In this document: one piece after another, positions 36,496 through 44,207 of the stretch
Layout of the letters: the number at the start of each line of letters is the position of its first letter
Position numbering within the stretch: position 1 is the stretch's first letter
DNA from: Nemertoderma westbladi
Lineage: Eukaryota > Animalia > Xenacoelomorpha
NCBI GenBank assembly: GCA_032718475.1
Contig: JAUCBJ010005380.1
Span: 1 to 44,207, forward strand
Direction of reading: 5' to 3'
DNA: 44,207 nucleotides
Position numbers and translations under genes: made by a program
Notes under the pieces: generated by a model
What the model saw: only the letters and a program-made list of their open reading frames with translations
Database searches by the model: none
Told to the model about the DNA's origin: nothing

Positions 36496-37230
36496 GGTAC
36501 TACTTCGTCATGTCGACACCTCTGACCAATTTTTTTTACCTGTCACTTTTTGTGTTTTTTAATGATTTTTTGATATTGGTGAATGTAGTAGATATATTTT
36601 TTATGGTAGCTAGTGTTTTTTGAAAAAAAAATTGTACTTTTTTTTGTTAACATTAAAGTATATTTCTAGCTATAAATAATAAAGACCTGGTCTTGTAATG
36701 TTCTAGTATGATAGATAATACTCCAGTCACTTTAATAAATACTATCGTACATAACATAGTAGTGCCATACTATCTACATACTTTTCCATACTATTTTCTT
36801 CATAAACGTAAATTCTAGAAAACAAATGTAAAAAAAAACATGGTAACAATGAGTTTAAATGCAAATCATGTGGTTACAGATATTACGTAACTAATTATAT
36901 TTCATTAATAATGGATGAAACATAATAACTAAAACATAATAAAAACGTAATAAAAATACTAGCTAGCTACCATAATAAAATACCATTAAAAGTAGTAAAA
37001 AAGTGATAAAAAAAAATTTGGTTAATAAATACCAATAACAAAAATAAAAAAAATACCGTATATTTAAAGTTTAAATAAAATACTACCTAGTAAAAAAAAC
37101 ACTAGCTACCATAAAAAAAGATATCTACTAATGTTCTAGAACATTCATCAATATAAAAAGAACACTAAAAACACACAAAAAGTGACAGGTAAAAAAATAG
37201 CAGGTGGTGTTGACATGGCGAAGAAGTACC
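36496..37230. mobile_element. Merlin-like MITE (non-autonomous DNA transposon)
   Basis: ~125-bp imperfect TIRs with ends GGTAC...GTACC. 8-bp TSD GACAATGA at 36488-36495 and 37231-37238. AT-rich interior. GGNRM ends with an 8-9-bp TSD are characteristic of Merlin/IS1016. Confidence 0.75.
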
Positions 37231-37274
37231 GACAATGAATGTTTTCTAAAACCACAAGAATCCATAGGCTTCAC

Positions 37275-38003
37275 CAATCGAGTGAGGTGAAAGACAATCG
37301 AGTGAGGTGAAAGACAATCGAGTGAGGTGAAAGACAATCGAGTGAGGTGAAAGACAATCGAGTGAGGTGAAAGACAATCGAGTGAGGTGAAAGAGAATCG
37401 AGTGAGGTGAAAGACAATCGAGTGAGGTGAAAGACAATCGAGTGAGGTGAAAGAGAATCGAGTGAGGTGAAAGACAATCGAGTGAGGTGAAAGACAATCG
37501 AGTGAGGTGAAAGAGAATCGAGTGAGGTGAAAGACAATCGAGTGAGGTGAAAGACAATCGAGTGAGGTGAAAGACAATCGAGTGAGGTGAAAGACAATCG
37601 AGTGAGGTGAAAGACAATCGAGTGAGGTGAAAGCGAATCGAGTGAGGTGAAAGACAATCGAGTGAGGTGAAAGACAATCGAGTGAGGTGAAAGACAATCG
37701 AGTGAGGTGAAAGCCAATCGAGTGAGGTGAAAGACAATCGAGTGAGGTGAAAGCGAATCGAGTGAGGTGAAAGCGAATCGAGTGAGGTGAAAGGCAATCG
37801 AGTGAGGTGAAAGACAATCGAGTGAGGTGAAAGCGAATCGAGTGAGGTGAAAGGCAATCGAGTGAGGTGAAAGCCAATCGAGTGAGGTGAAAGACAATCG
37901 AGTGAGGTGAAAGACAATCGAGTGAGGTGAAAGACAATCGAGTGAGGTGAAAGACAATCGAGTGAGGTGAAAGACAATCGAGTGAGGTGAAAGACAATCG
38001 AGT
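37275..38003. repeat. 20-bp minisatellite (~36 copies) inside the LINE
   Basis: Unit CAATCGAGTGAGGTGAAAGA. Confidence 0.98.
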
Positions 38004-38623
38004 ATGTCTGTGTGAGGCAAAACGATCATATAAAGAGTTACTTAACTCAAAGAGGCAAACCTTCACATTGAACTTAGTACACAAACTGATCGCGGATGCT
38101 GAGGCTGAACCTTTCAAATGGTGTAAAGGAACCAAATCACCGTCTTCTTGAACAATCCCAGTCGAACAGTGGGAGCAGCACTTTACTTTAATCTTAAATG
38201 GAGACGACTCGTCACTCACTACCTACCTACCGACGTTCCCAGTCTAGTTTTAAACATTGATGATCAACATGATGCCTGCAATCAGAGTTTCACGGAGCAG
38301 AAAGTTAGAGAATAATTTCTAAAGAAAAAGAATGGAAATTCTGGTGGCCCGGATTCTATCCTTTATGAAATCTCCTTAACTCTCCACTTATAGGTTCTCT
38401 TGTTCAACGTCTGTCGAGCCTCTTCTGGTAACCTTGTTTTATGCTGGAAAAACCGTCTTGTTAAAGTTCTTTTTAAAGGGAAGGGTTCTCAAAACTTGAC
38501 GGACTATTAACGAGGTATAGTATTGCTATGCAACGCCTATAAACTGATTACCAGTCTAGTAGAGCATAGTTAATTTGGTCATTTTACATCATGTAATTCC
38601 TAGGGAACAATTTGGATTTATGC

Positions 38624-38970
38624 CCGGACGTTCCACGCAGCAACGGACGTTCCACGCAGCAACCAGCAACCGGACATTCTACACAGCAACAGGACATTCC
38701 ACGCAGCAACCGGACGTTCCACGCAGCAACCGCACATTCCACGCAGCAACCGGACGTTCCACGCAGCATCCGGACGTTCCACGCAGCAACCGGACGTTCC
38801 ACACAGCAACCGGACGTTCCACGCAGCAACCGGACATTCCACGCAGCAACCGGACGTTCCACGCTGCAACCGGACGTTCCACGCAGCAACCGGACGTTCC
38901 ACGCAGCAACCGGACGTTCCACGCAGCAACCGGACGTTCCACGCAGCAACCGGACGTTCCACGCAGCAAC
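38624..38970. repeat. 20-bp minisatellite (~17 copies) derived from the RT GRST motif
   Basis: Unit CCGGACGTTCCACGCAGCAA begins inside QFGFMPGRSTQQ. Confidence 0.97.
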
Positions 38971-39780
38971 TCAATTTATCAAAAGAATACGAGAAAAACT
39001 TTCGTCGCCAAGAAAACCTCTCAATGTCGCCTTTATTGATTTATGTAAGGCCTTCGATTCGGCTCCAAGATCTTGCGTACTATAGAAACTCGAACAGAAC
39101 TTCAAGGTCAAAGGTCGTTTATTGGATCTAATTAAAGCGATTCTCAGCTTATATTTTATTCAAGTCTTGGACGGGCTTCGAAAGTCAGACTTCATACATC
39201 AATCGAAAGGTCTCCTTCAGGGGGCAGCGTCAGCCCGTTTGTAGTCATCCTTTATATCCATTAATCCTTGATATTGTTAGAGCCATAAAGAAAGCTGTTA
39301 TGGATAGCGATACTACTCTTTCCAGACGACCCATTGTTGTACACTGACATTAGAGAATCACTCCTGGCAGCCTTGGACGCCAGACGCCACATGTCAGTGG
39401 GCTAAAGAAAACGGTTTATACGTAAATCTACAAAAAACTGAGACAATTAAATTCAGGAAGGCTGGTCGGCTAGCTGTTTCCGACTCCTTTACATTCGATA
39501 ATCAACCTTTTCGACAATATTCAACAATTCAACTATTCAACAATTTCGAACTCTTACTCATATCTCGGCATTGTGTTTCAAACGACACATTCCTTCACAC
39601 AGCGTCACACAAACTTCACACAAAGTTGTCACAAAAACTCTACAGGCAGTCCACTCCATTAAAAATCCAACGAACGGATGAAGTGGTAGGCATTCACCAG
39701 CGGCAGCATAGTGTAAAGATGATAAAAAAATAAAGTATTGAGGGTCTTTAGCTGGTTATATTATATTAGATAAAGATACA

Positions 39781-39820
39781 ATAGTAAACGTTTTCGACCT
39801 ACCGGTCTGCATCAGACTAT
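39781..39820 (-). ncRNA. Minimal type I hammerhead ribozyme-like motif of the Penelope pLTR
   Basis: The minus strand reads AUAGU-CUGAUGCA-GACC-GGUA-GGUC-GAA-AACGUU-U-ACUAU: a 5-bp stem I, a 4-bp stem II and a palindromic minimal stem III. Confidence 0.7.
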
Positions 39821-40323
39821 GTACTGGCAACTAACAGGAAAAGGTGGGGTCTATATATATATATATAAGTTTTAAAGGGGAATACCTGATAGGTGAATCC
39901 CAGAAAGGTTAACGTATATGTATGTACTGTATAACGTAAGGTAATTGTGATAGGGAAAGTACAGCGAGTTAGTTGTAAGCTGTCAATCTAAAGTACAAAT
40001 ATAGGGTTGCAGGTTGGGTTATAAGGTTGGGAGAAGTTGATAGGGAAATCCCAGGAATGGTCATGTGTCTACATACTGAATGGTATAATTGGATTAGGTA
40101 GGTTACATAGGATTATGAGGTATCTACTTAAAGCGCACGGTTAGGTAGAATGCAACATAATGATAGCTGTAATTTTTACAGAGTAAGAAATCACAAGAAA
40201 CAGAAAAAACCAAGACAAAAACAAAAAGGAAGGTAGGGGAAAAGCACATAAAACCCCGGAAATTCGCTATAGAGGGCACTGTAGTTGTGTAAGATATAGA
40301 ATGTATTATATAAAACATTGGGT

Positions 40324-42843
40324 TTAGATTGCTGGTCTTGCTACGTTAAGTGGGGGGTTGTATGTATAGATTAGGTTAGCTTCCGTCGCTAGTAGTTCGG
40401 GTATGTTTGTGAATTGTTTTATGGTTGCGGTGCGTAGATTTTCTAAACCACAACCGTATATGTGCCTAGCTAGGAGTATGTCTTCGTGTGTTTTTCCGTC
40501 ATTGGCTCGTGAGGGGTAGTGTCGTATGTTGTTGCGGTGTCCATTAAAGCGTTCGTGAAGTTTCTGTCTCGTTTGGCCTATGTAGTATAGAGTAGGGTGG
40601 CAGTGGCACCAGGCCAAGTAACATACAGTGTGGGACTTACATGTATAGTGTCCTTTTATCTTTTCACCCCATGGTGTCTGTTGTATGTTAGTGATAGTTT
40701 TGCATGTAAGGCAGCGGCTAGAGTTACATGGCTCATTAGTGGTGTTATTTGTGTGTGTTTGCGATTGAGTTTTATTTTTGGTTAGTATTTGTCCTAGTGA
40801 TGTGGGGTTCTTCGTGACTACATTAATGTTGATGTCAAGATCGTAGTTTTTGGAGTATCTACGTACAGTATTTTGGAATATGCCCTTCATCTGTTGGTTA
40901 GTGGATAGGTAAAATGTGGGTTTCGAGTTAGTGTCTTTAGGTCTAGTTTGGGGAGTCCAATGTCTAAGTTTGTTAAGGAGGTTCTGGGGGTACTGCCTGA
41001 GTAGACATTCGCCAAGGAATTCGTCTCTGAGTTTGGTATAGTCGTTAGACTCGCTACATCTGCGGTGGATGCGTAGGAGTTGGCTACGAATTACGGATAG
41101 TAGTAATTTCTTATCATGGAAGCTATTGTAGTGAATCGGGAGTTTATTGCTAGTTGGTTTTTTGTATAATGTAGTTGTTAGTGTTTCGTTGTTAATCTGT
41201 GTCAAGACGTCAAGGAATGGGAGTGATGTGTGGGAGTATTCAATGGTGAATTGTATATCAGAGTTTTGGAATAAGTCGTTACAAGCGGAGTTAGTGATTT
41301 TCTGTATGTTGTGAATGTCCTGTTCACTTAATATACGTTGTACTATACCATAGCTGTCGTCAACAAACCGTTTGTAGAATGGAATAGGGTAAGTTGTATT
41401 ATCGTCTGGGGGGGTTATGTTTGGATCCGAGGTTGAGGTAGTTTCGTTAGTTATGGTTATATTAGGATCTGAGATAGATAGGATAGTTTCTGGAATATTG
41501 ATGTTGGAATCAGGAGGTGTAAGGTTAGATATTGGGGTCGTTATTATTGGATCTGAGAAAACGGGGTTAGGTGTAGTGTTTGGTGCTAGTTTAGTTTTAT
41601 AAGTTACTGAGGTAGTTATATTATTACAGACTGGGGTGGAAGGGGTAGGTTCCGGGGTAGTTATATTAGTTCCAGGGGTAGTTATGTTAGTTTTGTTAGT
41701 TTCAGGGGTATTTATGTTAGTTCCATGGGTACTTATGGTAGTTTCAGGGGTAGTTATGTTAGTTTCGTTAGTATCAGGGGTAGTTATGTTAGTTTCATGG
41801 GTACTTATGGTAGTTTCAGGGGTAGTTATGTTAGTTTCGTTAGTTTCAGGGGTAGTTATGTTAGTTTCATGGGTACTTATGGTAGTTTCAGGGGTAGTTA
41901 TGTTAGTTCCAGGGGTAGTTCTGTTAGTTCCAGGGGTAGTTATGTTAGTTCCAGGGGTAGTTATGTTAGTTTCAGGGGTAGTTATGTTAGTTTCGTTAGT
42001 TTCAGGGGTAGTTATGTTAGTTTCGTGGGTACTTATGGTAGTTTCAGGGGTAGTTATGTTAGTTTTAGGGGTAGTTATGTTAGTTGCAGGGGTAGTTATG
42101 TTAATATCAGGAGTAGTTATGTTAGTTTCATGGGTAGTTAGGGTAGTTTTGGGGGTAGTTATGTTAGTTTCAGGGGTGGTTGTATTAGTTACATGGGTAG
42201 TTATGGTAGTTCTGTGAGTTTCAGGGGTGTTTTTGATAGATTTTAGGGGAGTTATACTAGGATTATATCTGGTCTTGTTAGTAGTGTTGGGATCAGTGGT
42301 TGTTGAGCTCGGGTTGGTAGGGGTGGTTAGATCCAGATCGGGTGTGTTAGTATCCAGGTTAGTTGTGTTAGGGAGTCTGTTTGATACACTCGCGTTTAGG
42401 TAGTTATTAATGGGGTTGTTCAGGATGTGGAGGAAGTGTATCTCTAATCTAGATATGGTTAGGCTAGCGTAGTTTTTCGAGAAACTGCTACCCATGGCTG
42501 CGCCTCGTAATTGAAGGTATAGTGTGTTATCAAAAGTGAAGTAGTTATGTTCAAGTATAAATCGGACGAGTAGTATAAAGTTATCTAATGAGATGAGTGT
42601 TTGTTGTGTGAAGTGCGTGTCCTCGGAGAGTGCTTGTCGTAGTGCCCTACATCCTACATCATGGGTAATGTTAGTGTACATGTCTACTACGTCCAGTGAA
42701 ATCAGAGTGCAGTCGGGTCCAATATCTCTAGGGAGGGCTGATAGGAAGTCGTCTGTCCCTTTCAAGTTAGACTCCAGGCGAGTGACCGCGGGTTCTAGAA
42801 GGTCGTTAGCAAAGCGGGAAAGTGGGTGTAGAAGGGTGCCCAT
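40324..42843 (-). CDS. Penelope RT plus GIY-YIG endonuclease with a Thr/Pro/Asn-rich insertion
   Basis: Uninterrupted 839-aa frame. The N-terminal continuation lies in another frame upstream (frameshift at ~42875). Confidence 0.88.
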   Translation of the reverse strand: MGTLLHPLSRFANDLLEPAVTRLESNLKGTDDFLSALPRDIGPDCTLISLDVVDMYTNITHDVGCRALRQALSEDTHFTQQTLISLDNFILLVRFILEHNYFTFDNTLYLQLRGAAMGSSFSKNYASLTISRLEIHFLHILNNPINNYLNASVSNRLPNTTNLDTNTPDLDLTTPTNPSSTTTDPNTTNKTRYNPSITPLKSIKNTPETHRTTITTHVTNTTTPETNITTPKTTLTTHETNITTPDINITTPATNITTPKTNITTPETTISTHETNITTPETNETNITTPETNITTPGTNITTPGTNRTTPGTNITTPETTISTHETNITTPETNETNITTPETTISTHETNITTPDTNETNITTPETTISTHGTNINTPETNKTNITTPGTNITTPEPTPSTPVCNNITTSVTYKTKLAPNTTPNPVFSDPIITTPISNLTPPDSNINIPETILSISDPNITITNETTSTSDPNITPPDDNTTYPIPFYKRFVDDSYGIVQRILSEQDIHNIQKITNSACNDLFQNSDIQFTIEYSHTSLPFLDVLTQINNETLTTTLYKKPTSNKLPIHYNSFHDKKLLLSVIRSQLLRIHRRCSESNDYTKLRDEFLGECLLRQYPQNLLNKLRHWTPQTRPKDTNSKPTFYLSTNQQMKGIFQNTVRRYSKNYDLDININVVTKNPTSLGQILTKNKTQSQTHTNNTTNEPCNSSRCLTCKTITNIQQTPWGEKIKGHYTCKSHTVCYLAWCHCHPTLYYIGQTRQKLHERFNGHRNNIRHYPSRANDGKTHEDILLARHIYGCGLENLRTATIKQFTNIPELLATEANLIYTYNPPLNVARPAI
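41655..42180. repeat. 21-bp-based coding minisatellite (ETNITTP)n in the Penelope RT
   Basis: TCAGGGGTAGTTATGTTAGTT units with 9-bp inserts and higher-order variants. The reading frame is preserved throughout. Confidence 0.92.
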
Positions 42844-43559
42844 GGTGGCAACTATAGGTCTGCCCTTAGGTAAGGTCTACCGTCGCCCCAGTTTATCCAT
42901 GATTCCCTGTCCTTGTGGTCTTTAATAGTGCAGTAGAAGTACGCTATCTTAGGGTGTTTAGGTAGTAGTAGTGGGTGTAGTGTGTGTTTGGTGTCGATAT
43001 TACAGGTTTGTAGTAGTGCGTCAAGTTGTGTTCTGTATTTATTAGTAGGGTCTTAAAAAGTTATAAAATGCTCAAATGTTCAAAGTACTTCTTATTTTAG
43101 TACTTATGTATGTATGTTGTAGTCTTTTAGTGTCTAGTTTTGCATTATTGTTATCTTTGAGGAAGTGATCGTTTACCGTTAGAATTACCGAATAGATGTG
43201 TCTCGAATCTCGTTATATATGGTTCGTTAGGGTGGTTTCGCATTGGTTTAATTTGGCTAAGATTAATAATTATTTTTTATATAATTTAAATTAGTAGAAA
43301 AACAAATTATTTATTTCCTGGCATCGTTGAAATTTGGCTTAATGTTAAGATTATCTACCTACTTGTGTAATAGACGAGGTAACAACATACAGTGTTTTAA
43401 TGGGCAGTGTGGTAATATAAACATTATTATTGGTTGCCCACGGTTATCATTAAGTTAGTGTATCAAATATACCATTTATATTCAATAAATCATTAATTAC
43501 ATAATTTATTGGTTGGTTATGTGTGAATAATATGTAGGACAGTACCTAATTGATAAACT

Positions 43560-44207
43560 AATAATAAATCAAATTAACAAAATTAATAAAGCAGAATTAA
43601 CGAAATAAGTAAGTCATGGTGTTCGCATGGCTGGGAGACTCACCTCACTGGATTCCATCCACAAATTGAGGGAAAATTAAGCTTCTGCGGAAACACATTG
43701 CGGCATTCCCACGCCTCAAGGACACAAACAAGTGTTGAAATAAGTGCTTGTCTGAGTCGGACACGGACACGGGAATGCCACGGCGCAGGCACTGCAGACA
43801 GGCAGGGTGCAGAAATGGCATTGGAGTGGGAATCCCATCCTCCCAAAGCCTCCACAACAAGGGGGGTGAATCCCGCACATGAGTTGCGGCTCTCCTACAA
43901 GTTTTCGCTGCAAGTTTTCGCTCCCAAGCAATTGAGAGTGCATGTCCAGGTGTGGTGGCGGGTTGGGAGATGGTACGGAATTGGAGAGGGGAGATAATGG
44001 TGATGTCCAGGGCCATGGGTCACGTCAACAGGGCGACTACGTGAGCCAGAGATAAAGCCAGGGATTTCACTCCGGGGCGCTAGTGCAGCTCATTGGGCTG
44101 CTTGGAATATAGCATTCCTGAGTGAGTTATGGCAGGTGATCCTGTCTCCCTCGCCGCCACAGCCAACGTGGTGGTCCCCAAATGGGTCTGAAGTGGTAGA
44201 GCAGGTG
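43560..44207 (-). mobile_element. CRE-like non-LTR retrotransposon 3' end (restriction-like endonuclease), decayed
   Basis: Across frames: C..SDPFGDHHVGC...CHNSLRNAIF, SRPVDV, ALDITIISPL, ERK, FTPLVVEALGGW, LRRGNAAM. Runs off the right edge of the window. Confidence 0.8.

Larger units (their letters stand above)
33878..39671 (+). mobile_element. Decayed RTEX-like LINE ORF2 (APE-RT), multiply interrupted
   Basis: Manual translation gives LLWNAECL..DFLLLNET..GRPMGG (33970-34160), IIGGDFYAR (~36330), KPWFDNEC, GPDSILYE, QFGFMPGRST, AFIDLCKAFDS, KGLLQG, LFPDD, VNLQKT and YLGIVF. The clade assignment is by motif style only. Confidence 0.8.
39672..43055 (-). mobile_element. Penelope-like element, Neptune-type, 5'-truncated
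   Basis: DPT, KDHK, GRPIV, LDVVDMYTNI, GAAMGS, RFVDD, LPFLDV, YKKPT, Cys linker CNSSRCLTC and GIY-YIG (VCY...YIGQT...RFNGH...E...LN). Hammerhead motif in the 3' non-coding part. Boundaries are approximate. Confidence 0.92.

Noticed and set aside
13177-38970. CRISPR-like arrays
   Set aside because: All arrays are head-to-tail with no unique spacers, there are no cas genes, and the context is eukaryotic TE sequence.
37128-39085. Multi-frame repetitive ORFs over the two 20-bp arrays
   Set aside because: A stop-free 20-bp unit opens all three frames, so these are artefacts. Only the unique flanks are LINE-coding.
41417-42217. Hydrophobic plus-strand ORFs resembling membrane proteins
   Set aside because: They are antisense shadows of the Penelope Thr-rich repeat.

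Overview
Repeat-dense eukaryotic DNA, probably from a metazoan invertebrate. I see no recognisable host gene, rRNA, tRNA or CRISPR array. Left to right: (1) a perfectly homogeneous 62-bp tandem array (1-4224) abutting (2) a 5'-truncated, decayed BEL/Pao LTR retrotransposon (+) that carries two TSD-flanked LINE 3' fragments; (3) a 51-bp minisatellite interrupted by a young Ty3/Gypsy element (112-bp identical LTRs, ATTG TSD, no PBS/gag/protease); (4) inside the Gypsy integrase, a young non-autonomous BEL/Pao element (1.2-kb LTRs, ATGTT TSD, intact gag, RT and IN deleted in frame); (5) a decayed RTEX-like LINE broken up by minisatellites, a retroposed 3' fragment with a nested HINE-like element, and a Merlin-like MITE; (6) a Neptune-type Penelope element with a minimal hammerhead motif; (7) the 3' end of a CRE-like LINE with a restriction-like endonuclease. 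The three best leads are: a 12-nt self-complementary, non-tRNA PBS in the BEL/Pao element, suggesting Tf1-like self-priming; a ~340-aa in-frame mucin-like insertion inside the Penelope RT palm; and the invariant 62-mer array as a candidate templated terminal repeat. All family calls come from motif recognition by eye, not database searches.
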